From: Candidatus Omnitrophota bacterium
Lineage (GTDB): Bacteria; Omnitrophota; Gorgyraeia; Gygaellales; Profunditerraquicolaceae
Assembly: GCA_041653955.1 (NCBI GenBank)
Contig: JBAZEH010000005.1
Span: 178 to 64,177 of the forward strand
Length of the DNA: 64,000 nt
Direction: 5' to 3'
Each line of letters opens with the position of its first letter. The stretch's first letter is position 1. The position numbers were made by a program, and so were the translations under genes. The notes under the pieces were generated by a model. It was not told where the DNA came from. It searched no databases and saw only the letters and a program-made list of their open reading frames with translations. Shown here piece by piece: positions 28,903-40,895 of the stretch.

Positions 28903-29592
28903 TTATTTATCTTCCAACTTCCTGATCCGCTTCTCAAGCTCTTCTATGTTCTGCATGATCGGATCAAGAATATGGATATGGTCTAAACTGATATCTATCT
29001 TTTTCCCGTCCTGTTTGGTGATCCTGCCCGGCACGCCTACGACCGTAGAGTTAGGCGGGACATCCTTGATAACTACCGCGTTCGCCCCTATATATGAATT
29101 ATCCCCGACGGTAATATTGCCGAGCACCTTGGCGCCCGCTCCGATAACCACGTTATTGCCGATAGTAGGGTGGCGCTTGCCTTTTTCTAATCCTGTCCCG
29201 CCCAGGGTCACCCCCTGGTAAAGAAGCACGTTATCCCCGATAATGGCGGTCTCGCCTATCACCACCCCCATACCGTGGTCTATGAAGAACCCCTTGCCTA
29301 TCGTTGCCCCCGGGTGTATCTCGATACCCGTAAAATGCCTGGATACCTGGCTGATCAGCCGCGCTATGAAAGTAAGCCCCATCTTATAGAAAAAATGCGC
29401 CGTGCGGTGGCTTATCAAAGCGTGCAGCCCCTGGTAAAGTACGAGTATCTCAAAAAAACCCTTGGCAGCCGGGTCTTTTGCGCGCGCGGCCCGTATCTCT
29501 TTGTAAAAGATAAGCGAAAGAATAAAAGTCTTCAATAAGATCAAAGACAAGATAATAAGCGCTATCTTCAATAAAAGCGTGCAAACTATCAT
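28903..29592 (-). CDS. cysE: Serine O-acetyltransferase (hexapeptide repeat), with an unusual hydrophobic N-terminal extension
   Basis: Left-handed beta-helix motif ([31 protein letters not shown]). The first 30 aa are TM-like, so the true start may be internal. Confidence 0.8.
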   Translation of the reverse strand: MIVCTLLLKIALIILSLILLKTFILSLIFYKEIRAARAKDPAAKGFFEILVLYQGLHALISHRTAHFFYKMGLTFIARLISQVSRHFTGIEIHPGATIGKGFFIDHGMGVVIGETAIIGDNVLLYQGVTLGGTGLEKGKRHPTIGNNVVIGAGAKVLGNITVGDNSYIGANAVVIKDVPPNSTVVGVPGRITKQDGKKIDISLDHIHILDPIMQNIEELEKRIRKLEDK

Positions 29593-30077
29593 TTATCCTC
29601 CCTGGGTGTTATTGCGGCTATGGCGTAAACCGATATAGCCTCTTTCCTGCCTATCTCCCCTAACCCCTCATTGGTCTTGGCTTTGATATTGACTTTATCT
29701 TCTCCGATCATCAGAATGCCCGCTATCTCCTGCCTCATCTTTCTCTTAAAAGGAGAAAGCACGGGCTCCTGCGCGATTACTACCGCGTCTACATTATTAA
29801 TAATAAAACCTTTTTCAGCCAACAACGCGCGCACCTCCTTTAATAATTCTGAGCTTGAGACCCCCCGGTACCTGGGGTCAGTGTCAGGAAAATGTTCCCC
29901 TATGTCCCCTTCCCCCGCCGCGCCCAGGAGCGCGTCGCATATGGCGTGTAAGAGCACATCTCCGTCGGAGTGGCCAAGCAGGCCGTTGATATAGGGTATC
30001 TCTATGCCCCCGATGAATAACCTGCGCCCGGCTACCAGCCGGTGTATATCATAACCGATACCTATCTTTTGCGGCAT
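29589..30077 (-). CDS. ispF: 2-C-methyl-D-erythritol 2,4-cyclodiphosphate synthase
   Basis: Starts [10 protein letters not shown], followed by [11 protein letters not shown]. Confidence 0.9.
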   Translation of the reverse strand: MPQKIGIGYDIHRLVAGRRLFIGGIEIPYINGLLGHSDGDVLLHAICDALLGAAGEGDIGEHFPDTDPRYRGVSSSELLKEVRALLAEKGFIINNVDAVVIAQEPVLSPFKRKMRQEIAGILMIGEDKVNIKAKTNEGLGEIGRKEAISVYAIAAITPREDK

Positions 30078-30766
30078 AGTTCTTTAGAGATCGCCTTCGC
30101 CAATATCAAGTCTTCCGGAGTAGTTATCTTTATATTGTCATACCTGCCCATTACAACACTCACCCTTTTACCCAGCCTCTCCACCAGCATGGAATCATCA
30201 GTCGCCAGGCTGCGGCCGGGGCCTTTATGCGCCCTTAAGATCAATTCTTTCTTGAATACCTGCGGGGTTTGTATCTCCCACAATGAACCCCTGTCTATCG
30301 TCTCCTTAACCGTATTTACTTCGCAACTCCCCCTCGCGACTTTCTTTATCGTCGCTTTTACCGGGACCCCGGCTATGGCAGCCCCTGACTTCTCCGCCGC
30401 TTTTATTACCGAAGATAATGTTTTTCTATCAATAAAAGGCCTCGCGCCGTCATGGATAAGGACCATCTCCGTAGCGCTGCCAATCGCCTTAAGGCCATTG
30501 GCTACCGAGTCAGAACGCCTTTCTCCTCCCAGGACTATATCTTTGACCTTTTTTACGCCAAACCTTCTGACCTGCTTATATATCTGCCCCGAATTCCGCC
30601 GGTTTACTACTATTATTATCTCTTTAACCTCCGGGGCCTTCGCGAGGGCTTTAAGGCTGTAAATAATAATGGGCCTTTTGCCTATTCTGACAAGAGGTTT
30701 GGCTATCCTTGACCTTAATCTTAGGCCTTTGCCGGCGGCAAGGAGTATCGCCGTGACATATCTCAT
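30062..30766 (-). CDS. ispD: 2-C-methyl-D-erythritol 4-phosphate cytidylyltransferase
   Basis: Starts [12 protein letters not shown]. 234 aa. It overlaps ispF and is not fused to it. Confidence 0.85.
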   Translation of the reverse strand: MRYVTAILLAAGKGLRLRSRIAKPLVRIGKRPIIIYSLKALAKAPEVKEIIIVVNRRNSGQIYKQVRRFGVKKVKDIVLGGERRSDSVANGLKAIGSATEMVLIHDGARPFIDRKTLSSVIKAAEKSGAAIAGVPVKATIKKVARGSCEVNTVKETIDRGSLWEIQTPQVFKKELILRAHKGPGRSLATDDSMLVERLGKRVSVVMGRYDNIKITTPEDLILAKAISKELCRKR

Positions 30767-31743
30767 TTGTTCAGCTTGGTGAATATCATCCTGCCGGCCT
30801 GGGTCTGGAGAACAGAGGTGACCGCGACCTTTACCTCCTGCCCGAGCATCCTGCGCGCGTCTTCCACCACGACCATGGTGCCGTCTTCCAGATACCCTAT
30901 TGCCTGGTTATGCTCCTTGCCTTCTTTCAAAAGCTTGATGCGCATCTCTTCCCCGGGAAATACCATAGGTTTTAAGGCATTCGCCAACTCGTTTATATTA
31001 AGCACTTTTATACCCTGAAGGCTGGCTACGCGGTTCAGATTGAAGTCTACGGTCAATATCTTCGCCTCTAATATCTTTGCCAGCTTCACGAGTTTAGCGT
31101 CTACTTCCGGTATATCGGGAAGCTCCTCTTCATGCAGGGTTATATCCTGCCCCATCTCCTTTTGAAGCGTATGCAATATCTCAAGGCCGCGCCTGCCTCT
31201 CTGGCGCTTGATGGAATCGGTAGAATCAGCTATATGCTGCAATTCCCTTAAGATGAATTTGGGAAGGACCAGCTTATTCTCAAGGAACTTCGTTTTGCAT
31301 ATATCCAGTATGCGGCCGTCGATGATAACGCTGGTATCAAGAAGGGTCAAATCCTCCGACTGGTTCTGCCTGCGCAGGCGCACGTAAGGTATGATTATAT
31401 TAAACTCATCCTTCCCGCGTAAACCTATGACCATACCCAGATAACAGAATACCAGCGTAAGCGTGACCCTTATTACCGATAAACTGGAACTGGATATGGG
31501 GGCGAGCGTGAACGCGTCGGTAACGAGCTTGGCCATGATCAAACCGAGTATAAGCCCGAACACAGTGCTGGAGAGCCCCCTCATAGATACGCGGCGCATC
31601 CCCATCTCAACGATTATGATGATACCGCTTAATGCTACTCCTATCATGGCTCCCAATATCCCCATGTCATTGGGTTCAAAGATCTGAAAACCGATGAGCG
31701 CGCTCGCAAGTAAAAAAAGAATACGAACAGCTAATAAATTCAT
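30763..31743 (-). CDS. Membrane-anchored PIN + TRAM domain protein (YacL-like)
   Basis: N-terminal TM helices, then a PIN domain ([12 protein letters not shown]) and a C-terminal TRAM. It sits between radA and ispD, as in Bacillus. Confidence 0.7.
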   Translation of the reverse strand: MNLLAVRILFLLASALIGFQIFEPNDMGILGAMIGVALSGIIIIVEMGMRRVSMRGLSSTVFGLILGLIMAKLVTDAFTLAPISSSSLSVIRVTLTLVFCYLGMVIGLRGKDEFNIIIPYVRLRRQNQSEDLTLLDTSVIIDGRILDICKTKFLENKLVLPKFILRELQHIADSTDSIKRQRGRRGLEILHTLQKEMGQDITLHEEELPDIPEVDAKLVKLAKILEAKILTVDFNLNRVASLQGIKVLNINELANALKPMVFPGEEMRIKLLKEGKEHNQAIGYLEDGTMVVVEDARRMLGQEVKVAVTSVLQTQAGRMIFTKLNK

Positions 31744-31755
31744 ATAATTACCTCC

Positions 31756-33129
31756 TTATAATTTCCCTATGGCGATATCTAATGCTTCTTTAAGCGTGGA
31801 AACAGGTATCAGTTCTATATCATCTTTCCTGTAATCCAGCCCCTTATGATTATTTTTCGGTAATACGCAGTGCTTAAAACCCAGTTTTGCCGCTTCATTT
31901 ATGCGCAGTGTCGCCTGCGATATGCTCCTGATCTCTCCGGATAAACCTACTTCTCCCAGGAATACCGCGTCTGAAATGGCGACCCGCTCGCGGAAAGCGG
32001 AACTTATCGCTATGGCAACGCCCAGGTCTGCCGCGGGGTCCTCTATCTTTATCCCTCCGGCGACATTCACGAATACGTCTTCAGAACCAAGATGCAAACC
32101 TATGCGCTTCTCCAATACCGCCACCAAAAGGCTCAAGCGGTTAAAATCAAACCCTTGCGTCCTGCGGCGCGCGTAACCAAAGGTTGACCTGCTTACCAAC
32201 GACTGTATCTCAACCAGCAGCGGACGGCTCCCTTCCAGCACCGACACTACTACGGAGCCTGAGACATCGCGCGGTTTCTCCGAAAGGAATATCTCAGAGG
32301 GGTTCTTTACCTCTTTTAACCCCTCGGAGGCCATTTCAAATACGCCGATCTCATTTGTCGAACCGAACCTGTTCTTTACCGCGCGCAATATCCTATAGGT
32401 AGAGAACCTGTCCCCTTCAAAATAAAGCACGGTATCAACTATATGCTCAAGGACCCTCGGCCCAGCTATGGCCCCTTCTTTGGTGACATGGCCGATGATA
32501 AAAATTGATGTGCCTGTAGTCTTGGCCAATTGCGTGAGTATGCCCGCGCACTCCCTCACCTGGCTTACGCTCCCGGGAGAAGAGCTTATCGTCGGCTCAA
32601 AGATGACCTGTATAGAATCAATGATCACCACTTCAGGGTTGATCTTTTTTATATACTCAATTATCAAAGAAAGGTCCGTCTGGTTGACTATATAAAGGTC
32701 ACCGTCTTTACCCGCCCCTAATCTCTTGGCCCTTAATTTTGTCTGGCTGACAGATTCTTCTCCGCTTACATAAAGGACCGTGTGGCCGTGCCCTGTAAGC
32801 TGGTTTGATACCTGAAGGGAGACTGTGGATTTTCCTACTCCGGGGTCACCGCCGATCAATACCACGCAGCCATGGACTATCCCGCCCCCCAACACCCTGT
32901 CTAACTCCGATATGCGGGTTTTAAGCCTGGACTCCTCCCTGATCTCTACATCCTTCAGCAGGACCGGTTCATCTTTATATAATGCCTTCCTTTCCTTTCC
33001 CTTGACCGAAGGCGCGGCGTAATCCTCTTCAACAAAGGAGTTCCAGCTGTTGCAATCAGGGCACCTGCCGAGCCATTTCGGGGATTGATACCCGCAATTC
33101 TGACAGGCGAATACCGTCTTAGTCTTCAT
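31756..33129 (-). CDS. radA: DNA repair protein RadA/Sms
   Basis: Zn finger CQNCGYQSPKWLGRCPDCNSWNS, a RecA-like P-loop GDPGVGKST, and a Lon-like C-terminal domain. Confidence 0.9.
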   Translation of the reverse strand: MKTKTVFACQNCGYQSPKWLGRCPDCNSWNSFVEEDYAAPSVKGKERKALYKDEPVLLKDVEIREESRLKTRISELDRVLGGGIVHGCVVLIGGDPGVGKSTVSLQVSNQLTGHGHTVLYVSGEESVSQTKLRAKRLGAGKDGDLYIVNQTDLSLIIEYIKKINPEVVIIDSIQVIFEPTISSSPGSVSQVRECAGILTQLAKTTGTSIFIIGHVTKEGAIAGPRVLEHIVDTVLYFEGDRFSTYRILRAVKNRFGSTNEIGVFEMASEGLKEVKNPSEIFLSEKPRDVSGSVVVSVLEGSRPLLVEIQSLVSRSTFGYARRRTQGFDFNRLSLLVAVLEKRIGLHLGSEDVFVNVAGGIKIEDPAADLGVAIAISSAFRERVAISDAVFLGEVGLSGEIRSISQATLRINEAAKLGFKHCVLPKNNHKGLDYRKDDIELIPVSTLKEALDIAIGKL

Positions 33130-33132
33130 CTG

Positions 33133-33747
33133 CTATTTCTTTTCTTTTGTTTTACGGAAAAGCTTCCAGGGGTTCTTCCGTATATCCGTGATCAAAGCAT
33201 CCAGCTCTTTATATACCTCGTCATCATATAGCAGCTTGCCTATCGTGCCTTCCTTATTTATCAGCTTCTTGATACTCTCATCCAAGTTCTTGGCTATATC
33301 CCTGGCTAATACCGAGATCTCCTGCATCGGTATAGGGTCAACCCCTACCATACTTCCTTTCGGGGGCAGGGCATTTTCATTATCCTCTCCAGGCATTATC
33401 TCTATATACTTCTCGCCCAGCAACCCCAGGGTATTCACCCATACCTGCGAATCAATGGGGACCTTTATATTATTTTTTATATAACCTGTTATCCGCACTT
33501 TAGGGGCGGGATCTCCTCCCGGAGTATAAAAGCTTATATTTTTAACTTCCCCCACATCCACTCCGGCAAACCTTACCGGAGCTCCCACCTTGACGCCGTT
33601 GGCGAAATTGAAAATGAAATTCAGCTCATATCCCGTAGCTATGCTCCTGAATTCCTTCATAGATAATACAAAGAAACTCAATATGATAATGCCGACAAAA
33701 ACAAATATACCTACCTTTAATTCTAATTTTGACTGACCGAATATCAT
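33133..33747 (-). CDS. mlaD: MlaD-family (MCE domain) protein
   Basis: N-terminal TM anchor plus an MCE domain. It sits next to mlaF/mlaE. Confidence 0.7.
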   Translation of the reverse strand: MIFGQSKLELKVGIFVFVGIIILSFFVLSMKEFRSIATGYELNFIFNFANGVKVGAPVRFAGVDVGEVKNISFYTPGGDPAPKVRITGYIKNNIKVPIDSQVWVNTLGLLGEKYIEIMPGEDNENALPPKGSMVGVDPIPMQEISVLARDIAKNLDESIKKLINKEGTIGKLLYDDEVYKELDALITDIRKNPWKLFRKTKEKK

Positions 33748-33762
33748 CGGTTACCTCCGGTT

Positions 33763-34524
33763 TTATTTAAAACTTTCTAAAGTTTCCGTTATCGGCCCTT
33801 GAGCCAGGCCGTTTATAAACTGATGCACTACCGCGTGGTCCGTGTTCTGTATCTCTTCGGGCGTGCCTTCGGCGATGATCCTGCCCTGGTACATCATGGC
33901 GATCCTGTCGGCCACTTTATAGGCGCTCTTCATATCGTGAGTGACCACGATAGAAGTAATATTCAGTTTATCGTGCATACTCCTGATAAGTTCATTGATA
34001 CTATCCGCCGTTATGGGGTCAACTCCGGTAGTGGGCTCATCATATAATATGATATCTGGCTTGATGCAGATGGCGCGGGCAAGCGCCACGCGCTTTTTCA
34101 TCCCGCCGCTTAATTCGGAGGGCATCAAATTCCCTATACCGCACAGGTTGACCATGCATAATGATTCTTCTATCCTCTCCAGCAGGCCCTGCTTGCTGAT
34201 CTTGGTATGCTCTATAAGCCCGAAGCCTACGTTTTCTCCCACAGTCAGCGAATCAAATAACGCCCCGCCCTGGAAGACCAGCCCGATACGGAGCCTCAAG
34301 GCATCAAGTTCTTTTTCATTCAATGTATCAAGGTCCTTCCCTTCTATATATATCTTCCCCTTATCAGGCCTTAATACCCGCACTATATGCTTAAGGAGCA
34401 CGGACTTGCCGCAGCCGGAGCGCCCGATGATCACATAGGTTTTTCCCTTTTCGATCTTCAGGTTCAGGTTATCGATAACCTTATGCTCCCCGAACGATTT
34501 GTATAATCCTTCTATATTTATCAT
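33763..34524 (-). CDS. mlaF: ABC transporter ATP-binding protein MlaF
   Basis: Walker A (GRSGCGKS), signature (LSGGMKKR) and Walker B (ILYDEPT). Confidence 0.75.
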   Translation of the reverse strand: MINIEGLYKSFGEHKVIDNLNLKIEKGKTYVIIGRSGCGKSVLLKHIVRVLRPDKGKIYIEGKDLDTLNEKELDALRLRIGLVFQGGALFDSLTVGENVGFGLIEHTKISKQGLLERIEESLCMVNLCGIGNLMPSELSGGMKKRVALARAICIKPDIILYDEPTTGVDPITADSINELIRSMHDKLNITSIVVTHDMKSAYKVADRIAMMYQGRIIAEGTPEEIQNTDHAVVHQFINGLAQGPITETLESFK

Positions 34525-34563
34525 AAATGAGCCCGCATTAATCGCTATAAAAGGGCGCTATGT

Positions 34564-35346
34564 TCATGGAAATATGAAATAGAACAGCGCCGTGAAGAAG
34601 CAATCACAGGCGATGATCATGATGAACATCGTCACAACTGCGCGCGCCGTAGCCTTGCCAACACCCTCTGCCCCGCCTTCTACGTTAAAGCCCTCATAGC
34701 AGCTCACGAAGGCGATTATCATCCCGAAAACCAGCGCCTTGGCTAACCCCGTAAATAAGTCTTTATAGAGCAGCGCGCTAAAAGTAACATAACGGTACAT
34801 ACCCCCTGAAACACCCAGCTTATAAACGCAAATAAGGTAACCCCCGAATATGCCTACTAAATTGGCATATAACGTCAGTAGCGGTTCCATTATGCTCAAG
34901 GCTACCAGGCGCGGGACTACCAGGTATTTTATCGGGCTGGTGGCAAATGCCTCAAGGGCGTCTACCTGCTCGGTCACCTGCATGGAGCCGATCTCGGCGG
35001 TAATTGACGCCCCTACCCTTCCGGCAACTATCAAAGCTGTGATAACAGGCCCCATCTCCCTTACCATGGAGAGCGCGACGATACTGGCGATATACATCTC
35101 GGCTCCCATGCGCTGCATCTGATAGGCTGTCTGAAGAGCCAGGATCACCCCGATAAAAAAAGCTATCAGTGAAATTATAGGCAGGCTGTCTACGCCGGCC
35201 TTTTTACACTGTTCAAAGATACGCTCTCTTTTTAACGGGGTAACGAAAAGCCAGTAAAAGGTCTGGCCTGACAGATATGCCAGCCCGCCAAAAAGGCGCA
35301 TAAACGACATTACCCTGCCGCCTAAGATGATGAGGAATTTTTTCAT
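34564..35346 (-). CDS. mlaE: ABC transporter permease MlaE
   Basis: 260 aa with MlaE/Ttg2B-type topology. Confidence 0.75.
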   Translation of the reverse strand: MKKFLIILGGRVMSFMRLFGGLAYLSGQTFYWLFVTPLKRERIFEQCKKAGVDSLPIISLIAFFIGVILALQTAYQMQRMGAEMYIASIVALSMVREMGPVITALIVAGRVGASITAEIGSMQVTEQVDALEAFATSPIKYLVVPRLVALSIMEPLLTLYANLVGIFGGYLICVYKLGVSGGMYRYVTFSALLYKDLFTGLAKALVFGMIIAFVSCYEGFNVEGGAEGVGKATARAVVTMFIMIIACDCFFTALFYFIFP

Positions 35347-37757
35347 GCCTCGAAAAGCAGCTCCTGGTTCTTGCGGGACACTTTTATCTTAGAGCCATCC
35401 TTGAACTTCTTGGATATTATTTCGGATGCCAGAGGATCTTCAAGAAACCTTTGTATCGTCCTCTTTAAAGGCCGCGCCCCGAATACGGGGTCAAAGCCTT
35501 TTTCAATCAGGAACTCCTTTGCATCCTGGCTTACCTCCATAATGATATTATGCTCTTTAAGCCTCTCGGAAACAAACCCGATCTCAATATCAATAATATG
35601 AAAAAGGTCCTCCTTGACCAGCGGACGGAAGACTATGGTATCGTCAATACGGTTCAGGAACTCGGGCTTAAATGTGCGCTTTACTTCTTCAAGCAGCTTA
35701 TCCCTCATCTCCTGATAGGTCACGTCCTCCTTTTGGGCCTTAAAGCCCATCGAACCGCTCTTGCGGATAAGTTCGGCCCCCACGTTAGAGGTCATGATCA
35801 CGACGGTATTGCGAAAATCCACCTTCCTGCCGAAACTATCGGTAAGGCGACCCTCTTCAAAAACCTGAAGGAGAAGATTAAACACGTCGGGATGGGCCTT
35901 TTCAATCTCATCCAGCAGTATAACGGAATAAGGCCTGCGCCTCACCCTCTCGGTAAGCTGGCCGCCCTCCTCATAACCCACGTATCCGGGAGGCGCCCCT
36001 ATTAAACGCGAGACATTGAATTTCTCCATATATTCGGACATATCCAGCTGTAATAACGCGTCTTCATCTCCGAACATATATTCGGCGAGCGCCCGCGCCA
36101 AAAGGGTCTTGCCTACGCCTGTGGGCCCCAGGAATATAAATGAACCGATAGGCCGCTTGGGGTCTTTTATGCCCGCGCGCGAACGCCTAACAGCGTGCGC
36201 GATAGCGGAGATCGCCTCCTCCTGCCCTATAACGCGCTTATGCAGCTCCTCTTCTATCTTTAACAACTTCTCGCTCTCTTTTTCCTCCAGGCGGAATATC
36301 GGTATCCCTGTCCACTGGGACACTATCTTGGCGATCTCTTCTTCGCCGACTTCAGGCCTCATCTTGTCTTTTGCCTGCGACCATTCACCGTTCAATTTCT
36401 CAAGGTCCTGGCGCGCCTGCCTCTCCTGGTCCCTTAATGCCGCTGCCTTCTCAAACAGCTGGCTTTTGATGTAAGATTCTTTTTCTTTTCTTATGGATTC
36501 TACTTTTTGTTCCAGCTCCTTGATCTCCGGGGGCACAACCAATACATTCAATCTCGCGCGCGAACCCGCTTCATCTATAAGGTCCACGGCCTTATCGGGA
36601 AGGAAGCGCCCTGAAATATAACGGTCTGACATCTTTGACGCTGCCTCAAGGGCCTCATCCTTAAAGGTCACGCGGTGGTGCGCTTCATATTTATCGCGCA
36701 AACCCTTTAATATTTCTACCGTCTGCTCAACCGAAGGAGGCTCGACCATTATGGTCTGGAACCTGCGCTCAAGGGCCGCGTCCTTCTCTATATATTTCCT
36801 GTATTCATCCATCGTGGTCGCGCCGATACACTGCATCTCGCCGCGCGATAATGACGGCTTCAGGATATTTGACGCGTCTATCGCCCCTTCGGCCGCTCCC
36901 GCGCCTACGAGGGTATGCAATTCATCGATGAATATAATAACATCCTGGGAGCGTTTTATCTCCTCCATTATTGCCTTTATGCGTTCTTCAAACTGCCCGC
37001 GGTATTTTGTGCCGGCGACCATTAATGCCAGGTCCAGGACGATGATCCGTTTATTGCGCAATACCTCCGGCACATTGCCGGATATGATCGACTGGGCAAG
37101 CCCTTCCACTATCGCGGTCTTACCCACACCCGCCTCCCCTAACAAAACAGGATTATTCTTCGTGCGCCTGCTTAATACCTGTATGACCCGTTCGATCTCA
37201 TTTTGCCTGCCTATCACAGGATCAAGTTTATTCTCTTTTGCCAGCTCGGTCAGATTCCTGCCGAAGGCATCCAGCGCCGGCGTCTTTGTCTTGGCAGCGG
37301 GAGAACCCGCATTGGGCAGCGCCGAGCCAAGAAGCTCCATAACTTCAGACCTCACTGTATTAAGGTCCAACCCAAGGTTCAATAATACCTGCGAGGCTAT
37401 CCCCTCTCCTTCGCGAATCAAGCCAAGCAATATATGCTCTGTGCCGATATAATTATGCCCGAGAGAACGCGCCTCTTCGGCAGCCAGCTCCAATGCCTTC
37501 TTGGCGCGGGGGGTAAAAGGTATATCCCCGATGATCTGCGTAGTGGGGCCCGGCTGGACTAACTTTTCTATCTCAAGGCGGATCTTCTCTAAAGAGACAC
37601 CTACCTTCTGCAATACATTCGCGGCTACGCCCTCTCCTTCGCGGACAAGGCCCAGCAATATATGCTCTGTGCCGATATAATCGTGATTAAAACGCCTCGC
37701 TTCCTCCTTGGCTAAGATGATGACTTTTCTGGCCCTCTCGGTGAATCTGTTGAACAT
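35343..37757 (-). CDS. clpC: ATP-dependent Clp protease ATP-binding subunit ClpC
   Basis: Duplicated Clp N-domain ([37 protein letters not shown]), two AAA+ modules and a UVR-like middle domain. Confidence 0.9.
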   Translation of the reverse strand: MFNRFTERARKVIILAKEEARRFNHDYIGTEHILLGLVREGEGVAANVLQKVGVSLEKIRLEIEKLVQPGPTTQIIGDIPFTPRAKKALELAAEEARSLGHNYIGTEHILLGLIREGEGIASQVLLNLGLDLNTVRSEVMELLGSALPNAGSPAAKTKTPALDAFGRNLTELAKENKLDPVIGRQNEIERVIQVLSRRTKNNPVLLGEAGVGKTAIVEGLAQSIISGNVPEVLRNKRIIVLDLALMVAGTKYRGQFEERIKAIMEEIKRSQDVIIFIDELHTLVGAGAAEGAIDASNILKPSLSRGEMQCIGATTMDEYRKYIEKDAALERRFQTIMVEPPSVEQTVEILKGLRDKYEAHHRVTFKDEALEAASKMSDRYISGRFLPDKAVDLIDEAGSRARLNVLVVPPEIKELEQKVESIRKEKESYIKSQLFEKAAALRDQERQARQDLEKLNGEWSQAKDKMRPEVGEEEIAKIVSQWTGIPIFRLEEKESEKLLKIEEELHKRVIGQEEAISAIAHAVRRSRAGIKDPKRPIGSFIFLGPTGVGKTLLARALAEYMFGDEDALLQLDMSEYMEKFNVSRLIGAPPGYVGYEEGGQLTERVRRRPYSVILLDEIEKAHPDVFNLLLQVFEEGRLTDSFGRKVDFRNTVVIMTSNVGAELIRKSGSMGFKAQKEDVTYQEMRDKLLEEVKRTFKPEFLNRIDDTIVFRPLVKEDLFHIIDIEIGFVSERLKEHNIIMEVSQDAKEFLIEKGFDPVFGARPLKRTIQRFLEDPLASEIISKKFKDGSKIKVSRKNQELLFEA

Positions 37758-37766
37758 CCTTCCTCC

Positions 37767-38816
37767 TTATTTCATTAGTTTATTCCTGATTAATTCAGCC
37801 CTTTTCACATCCCTCTCCTGGCTTGATAGTTTCTTATTCTCCAGCTTCTGCAGATGCGACGGCTGAGTGGTGATAAACAGTTCATTTATGGCGCTGCGAT
37901 CAATATCCTTTACGATCCCCAGGTCACACCCGAGCCTCACCATAGACAACAGCTCGGTAGTCTCCTGGCTGGTAATGATATGGGCGCTCTTTAATATGCC
38001 GAAACTGCGGCTTACCCTGTCTTCCAATAATGCCCTGTTACGGGACAACAGCATCTCTCTTGCCTGGCCCTCCTGTTCAATGACCTGCCGGATCAGGCCG
38101 CTTAAGTTTTCTATTATATCGTCTTCGCTGTGGCCTAAAGCGACCTGGTTGGATACCTGAAAAAAATTGCCGGTAGCCTTCGTCCCTTCTCCGTAAAGCC
38201 CGCGCGTGGTAAAGCTCAACTTGGCTATTGCCGCGAGCACCCGGTTTATCTGCGCCGACATCACCAGCGCCGGAAGATGCAGCATAACAGAGGCGCGCAT
38301 ACCTGTGCCGGTATTAGTCGGGCAGGCAGTCAAATATCCCCAGTCCGCGAAGAACGCGAAATGCAGTTCTTTAGCGAACGAATCATCTATCTTATTTACG
38401 ATATTCCACGCCTCAAAGAGGTTGAACCCCGACTGCATCACCTGCATCCTTATATGGTCCTCCTCATTGATCATTATGGACAATATCTCCCCGTCGTCTA
38501 TCATGACCGCTTTATTATCGGCTTTCTGGGCATGCTCATAAGACATCAGGTGCCTCTCGACCAGGAATTGTTTATCTATGCTATCCAGTTCCCCTAACTT
38601 AAAAAGGGTGGTCCCTTTCAGGTAATCCGTCTTATCCGCCGCCTGCGCGATCATCCCAAGCACGCTTTCGCCCTGCTTCTTATCTGCCCAGTGCGGAAAA
38701 GGTATCTTATCCAGGTTCCTGGCTAAGCGTACGCGGCTTGATATAACGATATCGGAGTTCGGGCCTGTCCCTTTGAGCCACTCGCTGCTATGATCCATAA
38801 GGTCGTTCAATTTCAT
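37767..38816 (-). CDS. mcsB: Protein arginine kinase McsB
   Basis: ATP:guanido phosphotransferase domain. It lies immediately upstream of clpC. Confidence 0.85.
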   Translation of the reverse strand: MKLNDLMDHSSEWLKGTGPNSDIVISSRVRLARNLDKIPFPHWADKKQGESVLGMIAQAADKTDYLKGTTLFKLGELDSIDKQFLVERHLMSYEHAQKADNKAVMIDDGEILSIMINEEDHIRMQVMQSGFNLFEAWNIVNKIDDSFAKELHFAFFADWGYLTACPTNTGTGMRASVMLHLPALVMSAQINRVLAAIAKLSFTTRGLYGEGTKATGNFFQVSNQVALGHSEDDIIENLSGLIRQVIEQEGQAREMLLSRNRALLEDRVSRSFGILKSAHIITSQETTELLSMVRLGCDLGIVKDIDRSAINELFITTQPSHLQKLENKKLSSQERDVKRAELIRNKLMK

Positions 38817-39316
38817 TTATTCTCCAGCTCCTTTATCTGATCGCGTATCTTCGCGGCTTCCTCAAATGCTTCGCTCTCTATCGCTTTCTGGAGGCGGTTA
38901 CGCAACTCCTGCAGGCCCGTATCAGCGCTTTCGTCAACAGTCTTGGCAGTCTTAAAGGGGGATTTCCCAAAATGTATGTTAGAACCGTGTATCTTTTTAA
39001 GCAGGGGCCCGAGGTACTTCCTGAAAGCGACATAACACTCGCTGCATCCGAGCCGTCCCAGCTTCTTGAAATCAGAGTAAGCGAGCCCGCAGTTGGGGCA
39101 TTTAACGGCCGCGATGGAATCCTTTTCTTTGTTCGCGGGTTTTTCGAAATCAGCCATCCCCCCAAGCAGGTCGCTCAATCCGAACTGCTGTTCCATCTGC
39201 ATGCTCTTCTGATTCGCGCACTGCTCGCAAAGATGCAGTTCATTCATCTGATCGTCTACTATCTCAGTAAGATGCACTGTCGCGGGGTTCTTCCCGCAGA
39301 TATCGCACAACATCAA
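38813..39316 (-). CDS. mcsA: McsA-like activator of McsB (Zn-finger + UVR motif)
   Basis: CxxC pairs (CDICGKNP ... CEQC ... CPNCG ... CSEC) and a C-terminal UVR motif (LQKAIESEAFEEAAKIRDQIKELE). Confidence 0.7.
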   Translation of the reverse strand: MMLCDICGKNPATVHLTEIVDDQMNELHLCEQCANQKSMQMEQQFGLSDLLGGMADFEKPANKEKDSIAAVKCPNCGLAYSDFKKLGRLGCSECYVAFRKYLGPLLKKIHGSNIHFGKSPFKTAKTVDESADTGLQELRNRLQKAIESEAFEEAAKIRDQIKELENK

Positions 39317-40182
39317 TACCTTACCCCTTCTTTCTTGGTGGCGCCCTTAAACTTCTTCATCAGGCTTAAAGTGGCCTTCCCCGGCCTTCCGCTGCCGATC
39401 ATGCGGCCGTCAACCTTCACCACCGGAATTATCTCCGCGGCGGTCCCGGTCAGGAAACACTCATCAGAATTATATACCTCATGGCGCGTAAGCACATGCT
39501 CATGCACGGGTATCTTATTTTTCTTGGCGATCTCAATGACCGTGTCGCGGGTAATACCCCTTAATGTCCCCATACACTGCGGAGGGGTATAAAGATTGTT
39601 GGATTCCACGATAAAAATATTATCCCCGGTGCATTCCGCAACATAACCCAGCGAATCAAGCATAATAGCCTCTTCATATCCGGAGTTGGTTGCCTCGATC
39701 TTCGCAAGGATATTATTCAGGTAATTTAATGACTTTATCTGGGGGTTAAGCGCCTCCGGAAGGTTCCTTATAGTGGGCACGGTTACGATCTCAAGCCCCT
39801 CCTTATAGAACTTATCCGGGTATAAGGCTATCTTATCTGCGATAATTATAACTGTTGCCTTCCCTTCGCATTTACGCGGGTCAAGGCCAAGGTCGCCTTC
39901 CCCCCTGGTCACCAAAAGGCGGATATAGGCGTCCGCCAGCTTATTCTCTTTTAAGGCCGCGATAACCGCCTTTATCATCTGCTCCCTGCTCATAGGGATC
40001 TTAAGCATGATAGTATGCGCCGATTCAAACAGGCGGTCAATATGCTCATTCAATTTAAAGACCATGCGGCTATAAGAACGAATACCCTCAAATACGCCGT
40101 CCCCGTATAAAAGGCCGTGGTCGAACACGGAGACCTTCGCGTCTTTCTTGTCGTAAAATTTACCGTTTATATAAATCTTCAT
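39313..40182 (-). CDS. ilvE: Branched-chain-amino-acid aminotransferase (fold type IV)
   Basis: Starts [37 protein letters not shown]. Confidence 0.8.
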   Translation of the reverse strand: MKIYINGKFYDKKDAKVSVFDHGLLYGDGVFEGIRSYSRMVFKLNEHIDRLFESAHTIMLKIPMSREQMIKAVIAALKENKLADAYIRLLVTRGEGDLGLDPRKCEGKATVIIIADKIALYPDKFYKEGLEIVTVPTIRNLPEALNPQIKSLNYLNNILAKIEATNSGYEEAIMLDSLGYVAECTGDNIFIVESNNLYTPPQCMGTLRGITRDTVIEIAKKNKIPVHEHVLTRHEVYNSDECFLTGTAAEIIPVVKVDGRMIGSGRPGKATLSLMKKFKGATKKEGVRY

Positions 40183-40895
40183 TTTACCTCCTGATTTATC
40201 AATATGCCGTCCTTTAAATGATATATCTCCTCCGCTATCTTTGCCAGGTCCCGGTTATGCGTTACCATTATTACCGACGTATTATTTTCTCGGTTTATAT
40301 TTTGCAATAAAGCGATTATCCCTTCGCTCGCGTTTGAATCAAGATTGCCGGTAGGCTCATCGCACAGGAGCAGGTCAGGCTTATTCACCAGGGCCCTGGC
40401 GATAGCTACCCTTTGTTGTTCGCCTCCGGAAAGCTGGCTGGGGAAATGTGTGCCGCGCTCTTTCAATCCTACCTGTTCAAGGAGCCTTAAGGCCTCCTTC
40501 TTAGGGTCTGCCCGCGAAGAACCTTGGCCCGCCTTTATCAGGGCCGGCAGCGATATATTCTCAAGCGCGGTGAATTCCGGCAGCAGATGATAAAACTGAA
40601 ACACAAAACCTATCCTTCTATTCCTTAACCCCGAGAGTTCCCTGTCGCTAAGGCGGTATATATCCTCGTTATCAAGAAGGACCCTGCCGCCTGTCGGCGC
40701 ATCTAACCCTCCAAGGATATGCAATAAGGTTGATTTACCCGCCCCGGAAGGGCCGACTATCGCCGCGAAACGCCCTTTATTTATCTTAAGGTCTATCCCC
40801 TTTAATATTTCTAATTGTTTATTGCCGCTATAATAAGCCTTCAACAGCCCGGAGGCTTCCAGCAAAACGCTCTTATTCATATCGTAAGGCCTCAA
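40179..40895 (-). CDS. lolD: ABC transporter ATP-binding protein, LolD/MacB-like
   Basis: Walker A (GPSGAGKST), signature ([13 protein letters not shown]) and Walker B (LLLCDEPT). Confidence 0.7.
   Translation of the reverse strand: MRPYDMNKSVLLEASGLLKAYYSGNKQLEILKGIDLKINKGRFAAIVGPSGAGKSTLLHILGGLDAPTGGRVLLDNEDIYRLSDRELSGLRNRRIGFVFQFYHLLPEFTALENISLPALIKAGQGSSRADPKKEALRLLEQVGLKERGTHFPSQLSGGEQQRVAIARALVNKPDLLLCDEPTGNLDSNASEGIIALLQNINRENNTSVIMVTHNRDLAKIAEEIYHLKDGILINQEVK

Noticed and set aside
35375-35385. GGGACACTTTT 11-mer matching the 5' end of the palindromic repeat, inside the clpC coding region
   Set aside because: Only the first 11 nt match and there is no partner arm. It is embedded in conserved ClpC C-terminal coding sequence. 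This is most likely chance.
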